The position numbers were made by a program, and so were the translations under genes. Shown here in pieces: positions 1 to 15,000 of a stretch of DNA of 64,000 nucleotides. The stretch spans positions 248,001-312,000 of the forward strand of contig NC_134027.1 of NCBI RefSeq assembly GCF_964204645.1, in the 5' to 3' direction. The stretch's first letter is position 1, and every line of letters begins with the position of its first letter. The stretch comes from Tubulanus polymorphus (taxonomy: Eukaryota; Animalia; Nemertea). The notes beneath the pieces are model-generated. The model saw only the letters and a list, made by a program, of their open reading frames with translations. It was not told the origin of the DNA and searched no databases.

Positions 1-3000
1 TTTAAACCACTCCACGATACAATTCCAGCTACAAAATAAACAACACATTTTCACCTACAAAACATTCTTATCTTGAACAAAATATTCAAAGATACGGTTT
101 CATAGTTTCGAATCAAGTTTGAAACTAACTCACAACCGTGAAACTAGAAGATTTGTTCAGTACTAACCTTCTTTATCAAATCCCATATGATGAAGCAGCA
201 TGCCTGTAATATTATGAGCTTCTAAATCTAAACTTAATTTCAGCGCAGTTTGTACATCATTGATACCCTGAAAATATATACAACCACTTCACAGTCGGAC
301 CTCAAAGAAAGTTAACCTTTAAATTTGATAATTTCTAGCTATAAATCAGTGTAGGGTTGATTCCAGTCAAGATCTAGATACAAGATGCTTCTTCGATTGG
401 TCTTAGGGACACTCATAGCATGTTCTTATCTAAAACTGATCTTAAGATGAAAATGAGCTCAGCCAGATGTGATTTATGGATTTCAGTAGATATAAACTGG
501 AGTGGCTGGCTCTCTCACTGGAGTCACTGATACTCGATATATCGATATATACCTGTTGAAGCAGACACTGTACCATAGCCTCGTTCTGATGTCGACAGGC
601 GTAGCAGATCGGAGTATCCTGACCTTCACCTTGATTACAATCAACCCCTAATTCTATTAAACACTCGACAACCTAAAACAGAGATAAACAAGAAACGAAA
701 TTCTTAATATGGACTTGACCGTTTAATCTAGAATCAAAATTAAAGAAAAATTTTTTTTTTTTTAAATCATGAGTGGTAGGCATGAAGTTTTTGGCAGAAT
801 TTCAGAGGATCCGTGCTCCGAGTGATTCAAAAAATCCTTATATTTCTCCCATGAATTGAATCAGGGAGTTTTTATGAAAATCTGACGGCTGGGCCGTATG
901 CAGCCCCGTCTATGGGTAGGTAAAATTTTTTTCATTTATCTAAGTAACTCTAGGTGTATTCTGAGGGCTTTCTGGCTATCTTTCTTTTCTGACATTTTCC
1001 ATGTACGGCAGAATCTAAATGATTTTTTTATAATCTGAAAATTTGATTTGATGATCATCACCTCATAGCAATGTAATCATTAATGCTTCCAAACCACAGA
1101 AAAATTATCTATGCAATTAAAAAACCTAAGATCGACTCATGTAGAAAATCCGCGACTAATGTTACGTTTATTTTTTCAAATAATTTGCATTTGAAGAATC
1201 CCATGATGAAACATTGCATAGAATCATTCTATGCAATGGGTCTATCGTGCCATCATGATCTTTGACCCCTGTGCATACTACTGATGAGGCCTATACAGAT
1301 TGGAATAACATTTAACATTTATAATTGTTGACAAAACAACAAACAGGATACCAACCACATAAATTGTAAGACATAAACAACACATAACGCATGGAAAATA
1401 TGAAGCAGAACTCGAACTTTTGGGGGTAGGAGCGTTCGCACCCCCCCCTGAATACGGCCCTACAGGTACGGGATCTCTGTGATAACAGCATGAAATGATG
1501 ATTAATTATAAATACATTCCACTTACATCATGTGAACTACCGATCGATTGTACACTGTGTACGAAGTTTGTTAGACAATTTATTCACTTCAACAAAACAA
1601 ATCGTAGGCAAAAAAATTGATACCTTGTTTCTCCGCTCTGCTGAGCTTAAAACTTGACCCAGCCGCCTATCTACCTTGGACATTACTGTTTTTTAGAATC
1701 GTGATCTATTTTACCATAATAGACCCGCATCAGCTATAGAAATGAACTGAAGAACAAAGTATCATTTTTGATTAGCCTTGAACTTGGAATTATTTAATGT
1801 CACCACTTCGGGGTATCTATGGATTTATGAGAAATAAAGCTAGAGGTTTTCATCAATAAATGTTAACGTTTTTATTCTTTGATTGCAATAAATCATTCTA
1901 AAATTTAGAAAAAAAAAAAAACAGGCGGCGGCTAAATTAGGAGGGGAGCTGTTGGGAATCAAAGAAATTTATTTCTATGGCCTTATTAAAGTTCCAGTTG
2001 TTCAGCTGGCTACTGGCGCGTATTCAACCCGGCAGTAGAACCTTTTCATTCAACTTCTATAAGCTCTCAATGTAAATCTATTCAACAATAGAGACACAAT
2101 TGCGGCTTTTCAGAGTTGTTGATATCATTCTGACACGCGCTATTGAATACGTCACCGGCTGACCACGGTGTACACAAGCATAGACCATTCACCTCTGCAC
2201 ACTCACACTGTGAACATGCTACCGTGGATTCTCCTCCTGGCGCTCCCGCTCCTGCTCCTGCTCCTGTTCCTGCTTCCTGAGGAACGACGTCTTTATGTTT
2301 TATGTGTTACTGTTCGTCTCCGTGCTGTCCTGTACTGTTCCGTGTTTATTAATCCGTTCTATTTTTCAGCAATTAACCCGTTTTATTTTTCAGGGCCGAT
2401 TTCTCTGTCGAATTTCAACGTTTGCTGGAACAAAACTAATGTCCGAAAGCGTCGGCTCTCCTTCGCCGGTCATGTGTCGAGGATGTCAGACAAAGAGTCG
2501 GTCAGGAAATTCTGCCCTCTACACGCCCTCATACGGAACACGAAAACCAGGATGACGAGGCCTCACTGCCCCCACCTATCTACAAAGTGTGCTGAGTGAT
2601 GTCAATGACAGGCATATCTGTGAGATTGCGCGGGATACAAATGGAGCGGTTATACTGGATTGTCACGCTACTAGCATTCATTGTGTCCTTGTGACCGCCC
2701 GGATGAGGGATGATTCTACTGTCACGCTCTTTGTTTCTGGTATTCTGAGTCGGCTGAGGGATGATTCTACTGTCACGCTCTTTGATTTCTAGTTTGAGTG
2801 CTAGTTTTCATTGTGTCCTTGTGATAACCCCGGTCAGTGGATGAAGTCTCTCGTCGGCTTGTGAGTGCTAGTTTCATTGTGTCCTTGTGACAACCTCGGT
2901 CAGTGGATGAAGTCTCTTGTCACGCTTTTGGGTGCTAGTTGAGATCCTGAATCTCAACCCGGTCCAGCTGGTTGTACTGCGCTATTTGTGTTTCGTGCAA

Positions 3001-6000
3001 TTTTACAGGTTTGTCAGTTACTGACGTCGCCCAGTACATCCTGCAGTTAGATGGGGAATGTGAGGCGTTGTCATTCTGGTTTTCGCGTTCTGTGTGAGGG
3101 CGTGTAGAGGGCAGTATATTCCTGGCTGGCTCATTGTCTGGTGTTCTCGGCATGTGACCGGCGACGGAGAGCTGAAAAGCTTTCGAACATTAGTTTTGTT
3201 CCGTACCAGGTTTTCATCGCTCTTCTCTTTTTTTTTCATTTCAGGACTCCCAAGAAGTTGAAGAAGGAGATGCTAGAAGGCGACTACAGAAGATGCCGAA
3301 AAAAGAATAGTGAACTCTTCACAATCTTGAAAGTTAAGTTGATTCACATGTAAATTAGGATTAATGATGAAGAAATGTGTGACTACAAAATGTTTTTCTT
3401 TTTCTCAATTTCAGCTTCGACGAAACCCAAGAAGACAAAGAAGTACTTCGATTTTGAAAAAAATGATGTAAAATCGACCGACGATCACACAACTATATCT
3501 GTACTTCGATTTCGAAAAAAAAAATTAGACAAAATTATCTTCAACCTTGTAAACTTTCGGACTACATGAAAAAAAAGACCAAATATTGTAAAATTATCGA
3601 AAAAAAATTATGTAAAATCAACCGACGATCACACAACTATATCTGTACTTCGATTCCCGCCTGTTTCGCTCCTGGCAGGTGTGTCACGATCGTAAGGGAC
3701 ACCAACTCAAAAAGTTGAACGAGAGCTCATCAACTAAGATCTGCCGATTAGAGAACAGTGCACAGAAGGGGCCAATTTGGATGAAACTCAACCAACCAAC
3801 TTAGGAGAACCCAGCCATCATAAAAAGTAATTTGATATTTGATATGAACTTAGAACATTTTAACGGATACTGAACCGAGCAAACTTGAAATGTAAGTTGA
3901 TTTTTGGCGAACTTTATGTTTGCCTACGCAAATGGTCTGGAGAAGCAGTTTTCATTGAAAACGAATAGAGTACCGGTGTGTCAACAAGGCACAAACATTG
4001 GCTGTTGAACCAATAGTGTTGATTTTGGTGTCATGGTTTGGCTTAATGAGTTCTCGAGCCCACAAAAATTTCATAGTGATCGAGTTATAGTAGGGGACTT
4101 ATTCTTGAAAAACACGTAAAAACCTGCTTTTTAGCACTAAGTAATGGCACGTTTTCATATATGAGAATTTGCTTACTTGGAATTGAAATATATAAAAATC
4201 CAATCCTTCCTGGAAGTGTTGCCATTTTTTGTGTGACTCATCTCGATGTACTTTTCGACCTACAGGTCCTCACTTTATAAACCCCAAAAGTTTTCTAGCT
4301 TCTATTTATCTGAGTTGACCTCATTACCTGAGCTACATTGAATGTGATTGGCTGTTTGTTGGATAAACCGGATATTCCGGGAACTTCTGATGTAATTGGG
4401 AAAGCCCATTGGGAAAACCCAATGTGGAACCCAAAACCAAATGGCGATAATTATAATTTGTTCGGTTTTACGAATATAACCAAGTAGGCTATTCTAGGTA
4501 TATTATTTATGGAAATTATTATGATAAATTCTAAATGAAATATTATGTCATTACAGGATATCTTCTTTTAATCATTGCAGCTAAATTTCAACTATGAGAA
4601 AAACCCAGTTTGAGATCAACTACTCGCCCAAAATCGACCAACTGGAACAGTGCTCAGATGAGGCCAACTACCTAACCAACTAATAGGATAATCGCCGATA
4701 ACGAACCAAGCAATCATTAAAGGTAACTTGATATATGTGGAATTATGTCGATAAATTCTAAATGAAATATTTTGTCATTACAGGATATTTTTGTTTGCTC
4801 ATTTCAGCTAAATCCTATCTATATGAAACTGCCAAGCTTTAAATCAACGACTCATCAAATATCTACAGATAAGCTCTGCCCACTGAACGATCCAAGCTTG
4901 AATCAAATGCATCAACCAATTGTTCTAACCGATACTGAACCTAGCAAACTTGAAATGTAAAATGAGGCCAACTAAAATCCAACTTATCAACTAACAAACT
5001 TAAGATGATCCACGCCGATTACGAACCAAGCAATCATAAAAGGTAACTTGATATACATGGAATTATTTCGATAAATTCTAAATGAAATATTTTGTCATTA
5101 CAGGATATCTTCTTTTAATCATTGCAGCCAAATTTCAACTATGAGAAAAACCCAGTTTGAGATCAACTACTCGTCCAAAATCGATCAACTGGAACAGTGC
5201 ACAGATGAGGCCAACTTACTAACCAACTAATAGGATAATCGCCGATAACCAAGCAATCATTAAAGGTAAATTGATATACATGAAATTATTTCGATAAATT
5301 CTAAATGAAATATTTTGTCATTACAGGATATCTTCTTTTAATCATTTCAGCTGAATTTCAACTATAAGAAAAAGCCCATCTTGAGACCAAACACTCGTCC
5401 AAAATCTACAAACTGCAACGGTGCACAGAAAAGGCCAGAACTGAACCCAGCAATCTTTAAAGGTAAGTTGATATACATGAAATTACCTGTATATAGAAAT
5501 TTCAGTCCTCATATGAATATCATTTCATAATTGACTATCATCAAAATCTATTTACCGGTCCAAATGGCTGAACTTTTATCTACACTAGTCTTAAACAATG
5601 ATGAACTAGTCCTATTACTGCAATTAATTATTGGGGTTTAAATCAGCAATTGACTTCAATGAATTTTACTTTGTGAAAAACAGGGTGGCTTGTAATTTGA
5701 AATGACACGTAAATTATGATAAATCTGTCTGAAATGTTTTGCTTTCTTCACTTTGTTTCAGCCAAACTACATCTCGGAAAAATTGGCCTGAAGAAGACAC
5801 TCACAAGTAGATGAATACTGATCGACCTATTTGCTGATGAAAACTGCAGAAGCCGGAATGAGAAGTTGAGGAGCCAGCAACGGATTAATCACTCAACGAT
5901 GGATTATTCTACAATCGGTGATTTCTATAAAACATTTTATCAGGAGCAGCAGAGACAATAGTGAATTTTATAAACACTGATTCAAGCGACAAAGCTAATG

Positions 6001-9000
6001 GATTATCTCATAAACACTGATTCAGGATAAACACTGTTTTAAAAGCAGCAAAGACAATAGTGTATCTTATTAGGAGCAGCATAGACAATAGTGCATGTTA
6101 TAAACACTGAGATCCAGGAGCGGCGAAGACAATAGCGGACTTCTGTAGTAAAGTATTGATTTTTTTGCTTATCACCTTTTTCAAACCAGTCTGATGGATA
6201 ATATAGTGTTTTCGAGGAAACTATTTGATAATGTTTATGCGATGTGAGAGTCTAATAAAAGCTAAGCTCCATTAATGCACGATTTTGGTCTTTGATCCTT
6301 GGTCGATACATAAGTCAAGTTAAGTTAGTCACTAGGGGTAAATGGTCGTGTTGAGTGCCTAGTTTTGACTTGTAGGTCTGTTGAGTTAACTCCTAAACTG
6401 AGATATAGTTTCAACATGAATTGTGAGTTTCGAAAGTAACCAATTTGAAAAATTTGAAACAAATCGTAGATTTCGATTTAAGCGTCCTTCAATCTGTTTG
6501 ATGATCATATCTACGTATTTGAAAACTAAAGCTTTATCTGAAAGGAGACCATTATTTACATTTGAGAGTTAAAGCTAGGAATAACAAGGCATAAAGTTAT
6601 AGCTAGGACTCATTTTCAACGTTTTAACATTGTTTATAGCTGTTTGAACTTCTTTTATTGTAATGGGTAAATCCATATCACGAGATGGCTCTCGTGAATA
6701 ATCACTTAGCTTCAAATCGGGTGTATAATGATTATTAAGGAGTGGCAGTGAATCAGTAGCGCTTTCTTAAAATGGGCCCAGAACTTTACAGTGAAAAAAT
6801 GCCTGCAGTTGTAAATAGAGGAGTATAAATAATACATAACTACAAACTACAAGTACATAAAGTAATTCTAAAAAATAAAAAAAACCAATAAATAATAAAT
6901 AGAATAAACAACAATACAAACAAACAACAAATTAATATTCTATTTACATGAAAAGGCATTTTTTCAAATATTTATCAACACGGTTCTTCATTTATCGAAC
7001 AACCTTCCCTAAGTATAGCGAAAACCCGAGATCTTTTCTGTTGTTATTCAAAGCATTCTATCAACTCAGTTATTGTAATGAACAAAACAAATAACCATAA
7101 ACCTTAACTAAATCGAAAACATTTAAAAAATAACTGATATGATAGAATGCTTTGAATTACTGTGATGAAAGATTGACCCGTCCTTTCAACTAGCCGCGCT
7201 CAATCACTGCTGTGACTGTTATCTAAAATCTGGTACATACATTTTACTTTTTAGAAAGAATTCAAAACAGCTATAAACTTAAGTTATTGATGTTATTGAT
7301 TAGTTACCGATTGTATAATTATGTTGAAGCTGCCAGGAAAAACGTCAGAATACTTAGTATGTAATGTCGAGGTGTTCGGAAATATTTAAGACAAGGCAAA
7401 GTTGGCAAAATTCTAGTTTTCTAGTGAAAGTAATGATTAATTATTACAAAGAGTTCCAGAGTGAATCTGAGTTTCTCATCTCTAGTTTTAATGCTCTATG
7501 TTGGAGACGGTTATTGTAACACGGTTCGCGTGTTTGTAAATTAGGAACTTGCATGACGATTAAGATATTATTGTTGCGTGAATAAAACGATGTACATTTT
7601 CATCATTCATGTTGAAACTTTTCAGTTGTTAAGTTTTATAGCAAAAATTAGGATAGGATTTCACTTAGGTGCTTTTCAGTGGTTCATAAAATACTGATCT
7701 AATCAAGGCCCTGTCGAAAATAGCAGGAGCATAGAATAATTGTCCTAGCTTTGTTTTGAATATCAGTTTAACCGCGTCCGTGTGGGGCCTGTAATATCTC
7801 GACTTGAAGAATTTCTGATCTTTATATAGAGTTGTATCTATATTTACTATCAAGTTGAATAATTTAATTAACAAGTTACCGTAGCTTCGTCAGTCAAACC
7901 ATATTTGTTTGAAGATACTCGATTTATCTTAAATTATCACGAAGAAAAACCTTTATAATAGTTTGCAGGGTTTGATCTGAGGAATAAATGCCACCTGACC
8001 TTGGGGCAAGCATATATGTTATATCACTTGCCCCCTCAAAAATCAACTTGTCCTACACGAATAGTCCGATTGTGACACAATAATCCCTTGCATCGAGTGG
8101 GATAAAAGCTTTGAGACATAGAATTACACAAGCCTGGTGGATGAGTGATTATGATAACCTTCATGCCCTAATGAAAATATATTTGTCCCGCGCAATTGGA
8201 CTAGTGCTTAGATCAGACCCTGCTTTGTTTCAAATGTAAAATTTGTAAAAAAGTAGTTGATTATGTTTGAAGAAATCTCTTAAAGATGAGGAAAATTTGG
8301 CAATGTTTTTAGTTTTCTAGTAATAATCAAGATTAATTAGTTAACCTTGCGCTTTCCAGAGTGAGTGAATTTGTAGGTTTAATGTTTTTATTTTGAACTG
8401 TTTTAAAATAACTCGTTAAGCCACCAGGGTATAATTGTTGTGCAAGAATAAAAACGACAGACATGTTCGTCATTCATGTTAAAACTGTTCAATTGTTTAG
8501 TTACGTGTATTGCAACTTTTTTACTGTGGTGCTCATCAATGGTTCATAAAATACTATTTTTATTAAGGCCCTTATGGAAAATAGAGGAGCAAAATAGAGG
8601 AGCAGTCTCTTGATAAATGAGGACATATGAACAGTGTTAATTAGCAGATTGTGCCAGCAATATATGGACTCTAAAAGACAAGGCAAAGGTGGCAAAACTC
8701 TTTAGTTATCTTAAATTATATTAATTATCGTAAAATAATGTTGATGAAAATTAAATCAAAGACTGTTTAGTTAATCATAAGCTTTCCAGTTTGAATTTGT
8801 GGTTTTATCTCTGGTTTTTATATTTTATTTTGGAGACTTTTTTGAAATAAAGGTCATGTTTTTGTAAATGACTGAGGCACTACCCCAAGTATATGAATAC
8901 CTGTCATTTAGGTATGATTGTTGTTGCGGGGATAACATGACACGTTCATGTCAATTGTTCATAAATCACTGATTTATTAAGGTCCTATCGAATAAAGTTG

Positions 9001-12000
9001 AGCTTTTTCTTGACAACTGAGATGTCCTCAATCTCGATGTCATTTGAAAAGTTGACGATGATAGATTCATATTTCATGAAATATAACAAAGTGTCAGTTA
9101 TATTGACCTCATGAATTGTCAAATTCATAATCTTAGACTTTCAGACTAGTCCTTTTTTGGTGTTTTATGGATCAAAAATTACAATTCTTTGTGTACTTTT
9201 GTTATTTTCTTATTGATGCAAATTGTATAAATCAGCTGTAGTGGAAATGTATCATATATAAACACTTATAAATACCTTACATGTAACTTTTGTGGTTTTT
9301 TAAAGTTAGTACAATTTCATACATGGTAATATAAATAAAATTATTATTAAAATTTGAGAAAATAAGCTAAAAGTTAATAATTTGACATGTGAAATTAAAT
9401 GATGTAAAGAATGTAAATCAGATTGATTAATCCTACGCTTTCCAGAGTATTTGGCCAGGTTTATCTCTGGTTTTAGTGCGGGGGCCATGGACAATTGAGT
9501 CCATGGTTGGGCCATAGACTTAGACTTTTTTGTTATAGAGTCTATGTTTGGACCAAGGGGAGTATAAACACTCATTTATAGTTTATACGCCTATGGTGGT
9601 TGGACTAATTGTTTTTGAAAGTCCACGTGTTTGAGGAGCTTACGTTATAATTCCTCGAGCACAAACCTGGCATTTTGTATAATTGTTGTATGAGAATAAA
9701 TATGATTTTGAAATTTGTCATTCGTTGAGTTAAGCAACAAGTGTTACTAAAACGAAGCACTACTAAATAAAAAGACTATATGCACCGGAGAAAACCGACC
9801 AATTTACGTTTCAGATGCATTTGTTTATATCTGGTATTGCCTACACTCATTGGCAGAGATGGTTGAATACACAGATAGCACCCCTAGTGATGATTTCTAA
9901 TGAGTGCAATAGCTCATCGGACTTCGTTTTAGTCATGCATAGTTCTTACACCTCTAAGTGCATAGGTCTTCATTTTAGTAGCACATAGTTTTAGTAACAC
10001 CCCCATTTCACTGCCCTTCTATTAAATTCACTGCTTTTTACAGCCGGCCCGTGAATCATTTACGAACCCTGGCAGTTGTATCAGATGCAGTTTCCTGGAA
10101 AACTTTTAACTAGGCCACCACATGAGAGGCACGCTTTTCATATACAGTACATGCACAGATTACATTGCGAGTCTTGTGGCGCGCATGTGTGAAGCACGGC
10201 GGAATATGCGTGAAGGCGCATATTCTTCTGAACAAAAAGTAGTTCCAACGACAAATAAATAACTAAATTGATTAATGAGGCTGTCTGTACATAGGCCTGA
10301 GGCCTTAATGTGATATCATATAAAATAAGTGATGCATTCTGATGAATTCAATAGGGGAGAGGAGATGGAGAGGGGAGTCTGTAATTCAGCGGAAAAAGTT
10401 TCAAAAGTTTGAAGAACACATGAAGATGCCAAAAGCAAGATGAGCTTAGATTATCTCACAGCAAACAAACAATCAGCATCCAGCTGAACAGTTGTCAGGG
10501 TTTGATATAATCAATAATGAATGTGACATGTACATGTAAGACAGATATATAACAGGCACATGTACCTTTAGTAAACCGAGTTCACACGCCGATAGTAGAA
10601 GTCTTGGATTGAATCCTGCCACCCATCCTATTATATAAATACAATAACTAGCATACTCCAATAAATCTGAAAAAAACAACAAAACATCAACAAATTTTAC
10701 AAAATCACTGCTGGATTTCATATATACAGGTCATATATCCATATTAGAGGCAGCGGGACCTGGTTCAAGTTCTAGGACCTGGTTCAAGTTCTAGAACCTG
10801 GTTTAAGTTCTAGGACCTGGTTTAACACAGTTCTAGGTTACATTAGGATACAGAAACCATACCAAAGTTTTGCTCAAGAGTCAATTAATGAACTGGATGC
10901 GGCACTCAGTCTGAAAGTTGAGATGTAGAACAGATATATATTTATTTACCGGCATAATCCTGTTTTTGTTCCAATATATTGAAAAGTCCTCGTTCAACTT
11001 TGCGATCGATAAAAGCATGACAAATATCGCTACCTTCTTCAGCCAATAGATGAATAGCAACACACGTCTGAAATAAACAATGCTGTCGTCACCAGGGGGC
11101 ACTGTATATTCAACAATAAGATCAGGAGTAGATTTTAAGGATGATTTTGTGAGTTAAAGTTGCAGCCCTTTTTACTCTAGTGCCCAAGCAAAAAGAAAGC
11201 TAGATTATAAATCTTACAGAAGTTCAAGAGTAACTAGTAGTCATTTTCTATAAAGCTAATGTCACTGCCAAGAATAACATGAACAAGTTGTTCCCCTTTT
11301 CTCCCCTCCCTCTCCCCCAACTTTTCCTCTCTCCCCTCTCTCTCCCCTCCCTCTCCCCTCCATCTCCCCCAACTTTTCCTCTCTCTGCCCTCCCTCTCCC
11401 CTCTCCTAACACCCTCTCTCCTCTCTCTCCTCTCTCCTCTCCCTCTCTCCCCTCCCTCCATCACTCTTACCTCTTTCAGCAGAAATATATCATCAAAAAA
11501 TACATCAAGAACGGACTGTAACACAGACGCTAGACTCAGTAATAACTGTTCATCATGAAACTGCCATTCTTCAGAGAATATTTGTAAAACAACCATAGCA
11601 CGTTTCTGAATACCTGAAATAACAACAATCATCGTGTTGCTGTGATACGCTATTGAGTCAAAATTAAACTTTTTCGAAATCAACTGTTTTTTCATCTCTA
11701 TCTAAAGCATAAGTTAAATATAACTGACCTGCACTGAATTGATGAATTTCCATAGTTTGTATCACTTGTTCAATAGCCTCAGCGTCAATCATAAGTTTAG
11801 TACCACCCTCTAAAATACAAAATCATAGCTGTCAATCAACAATTTAGTCCCACCCTCTAAAATACAAAATCGTATGGTAGTCTCAAACGCTCGAATGGCT
11901 GATATTTTTTAAATGGTTCTCATGTATTCCATATATTTAAACTAGTCCTAGGCTTTAAGCTTATTTTCAAGGTGGAACCATCAAGGTGGAACCACCTCCA

Positions 12001-15000
12001 GTTCCATGGTCATTGAGTAAGTTAACTCTCAATTGAAATCAGTTCATTTTCAATGAGTTAACTCTTAAGTTAAATCTTGGAACTGGGTCTTGGGGTAAGA
12101 TGTAGATGGCGCCAGTAGTTAAACTCATACCTGCGCTAGCGAGTATCGCCATGGCTTCTAAAGCACATTCCTGCATTAATTCAGAACGATCGTGAACCTG
12201 CATCGCTGTCAATACTTTATGATGAACCTTTTCAACCAAACACTGGTGTCGAATTACCTCTACAAAAATAGTAAAATGCAGTTAAAACGCCTACAGTTTG
12301 AGATGATTGAAGATCCGTTAGTTTCTATCAATGGGACGAAAACATTCCGAAAATATGTCGTCACGTAGAAATGATATAACAATTTATTTAATGGTCGAGA
12401 ACGGCTTATAAAATGTCAGAAACATAATGGTAAATGCATTACGTAAAATTGAATTCTAAAGTTATTTCTCGTTCATGTTTGGAATTTCCTTCATAACAAG
12501 TCTGGATGTGTGACAGTCAACTCTTATCCAGTTTCATAGAATTGTATTTACTTGATCCATAGATTCACGGTAAGTCAAAGAGCTTAGGTCATAGACCAGG
12601 TATCACAGTTATCTCTAGGGATAATTCTATAGACCAGGTATTAAAGTGATTGAGTTTTATGAATAAGTCTTTAACGTTGGTTCTGTCAGGGGTTTCTTGC
12701 TGTGTAAATATCTTACAATGTTTTTAACAGATGAAGTTACATAGTTTACTGTTGCTGATATTGATAATGAGAGATACCATCTCCAGTCCACCCTGGAATC
12801 ATGGAAATATAGGTAAGCAAGTACAGGTGTAGAGTCAGTATGATTTATTCTTATTTCTCTGTATCATTGCGTGTTAGTCAAAACTACACCGATAATCAAA
12901 TTTTCTAATTTTAGGTTGGAATATTTGGAATCAGAAACCGAACTGGGGTTCAATGTGGGGTGGTGCCCATCTGCCCAATTATCAGCAAACCCCACAGTTT
13001 CCAAACCCGTATTATACAGGTTTGTCTCATCAGCCAATCCCGCCGCAACCGAGGAAAACATTCTGTGAAATATATCCACAGAACAGAGACTGTCAACGAC
13101 TCTGTCCACAACAGACGGGTAAGAATATTTCACTAGACGCCTCAATATAATACAGCATATAATACATAATATATATATAGTCCAGAACTGTAGGACTGGG
13201 TCCAGAACTGTAGGACTGGGTATGACGATCTGTCGCTATGTTTTACCTGCAGGTCTTCCACCTGAAAACTCAGTTATTCATGTAAAGAAAGATGAACCGT
13301 ATAAGAAGGTTTATGGTCATCATTCAGCTGATTCAGCAGTTACAATGAATGTTTACGCTATTGGTGATGAGATGGTAAGTAATACCGGAGTCAACCTACA
13401 AACTTTTACCTCGACCCCTTCTCCACAATCTACAATCAATAATTTCAGCGTGTAGGTTACGATGTTTTACTAATGAATCCAGCAGAGGGCGCTGTAGATG
13501 CAGCAGGAGACCCGTGTAGTGTAGGTATACAGCTCAGTTTAACCGGACAAGAGGCTGACTACGGAGAACTATACTGTACCATGCAGAAACTGTCAGCATC
13601 GGGACTCCGGTCCGGAATCTCATCCGGTAATCATCTGTTAGTCAGATACGTGGGGGCGCCGGCGGCGCTGGTCAGTCTGCAGACGGCATTTGCAATGAAC
13701 GTCATAGCAACGAAAAATATAAATACACCGGAATATACCGATATGCTGCTCGGATGATTATAGATCTACTGATCAACTCAAATAAAACTTCAATATTTCC
13801 TGAAAACTTTGATAACCCTTTTTCCTTTAAGTATCGAGTCCTTGTTGAAATGATTTGTAGTAGAATATTCTATGTGAAATTCATGTTCTTTTGATCTTTA
13901 CACACTGAAACATGCACATGTATTATAGCAGTGTACATAAACTGTACAAGACAATCACATAATGCACAATCACTGTAAGCTGACATATACTTTTGACATG
14001 AAACATGCATGCAATATAGACTATGTACAAAATGACATGTACTTTTGATACAAAACATGTACACTTCGACATGCACATGTACACAATTAACACGAAACAT
14101 GTACATGTACTTACCATTATCAGCGAGACATGCAATAGCTGCTACAGCTTGAAATTGAACTTCTTCAGTTTTTGGAAACTCGATTAAAGCTCTGATTAAT
14201 GAATTCAGCGGCTCATGCTTAGCCATCTCTGATTTCCATTTTTGACTGCATGCAAAATAAAACAGCGCGTTCATTTTGAATTTCAAAATCCGAGCATTTT
14301 TCATTTAAATCTATAGAAACTTCGGTAAGACACAAACCTGAATATAGTAAGACCTCTTATAGCCATACAACCCGCAGCTTGAGCTGTACGACTTTTCCAA
14401 TGTTCTTTCATTCCTAGTAAAATTGCCAGGTGAATATTCTTCTCCATCATTAAATCCTGAAGTCTCTCTAGAAATAACATTTACTGCATGAATATTCTCT
14501 AGGGAAATGTCTAAGTCTAGAATATGCAGTCGATTCTTAAAAAACCTTACAAGATATGAAGGCTTTTACTTGTAATATTTGCCCGCATAAAGAAGACGAG
14601 GACTCCGCTCAAGACAGATTTTATTTTGAAAATTCAGTGACTTCACTGAGGTCTTTGATGTTATATATTTCATATATAGGCTAGTTTAGGCTGGTTATCT
14701 CTGAGTTAGTCCGATCAGACTTGAGCTACAGACTCTACACCAGATATGAAGAAATGCTGAATGTTTTACTGATATGAAGTGAAATACAATATTTACCATT
14801 ATCCGCACAAATCCAGTAGATGGCAGTACAAGCATTTGAAAATACTTTAGCATTCTTCCAATGAACAAAAATTGCTCCACAACACATTGTATGAATCGGA
14901 TCTCTACAAAAAATCATTGGAAAAAAATTCGTTTTCGAGGAAATTACCGGTACTTAGCTCTGAAGTTGGGTTTACTTACTGTTTGAGGTCAGGATCTTCA

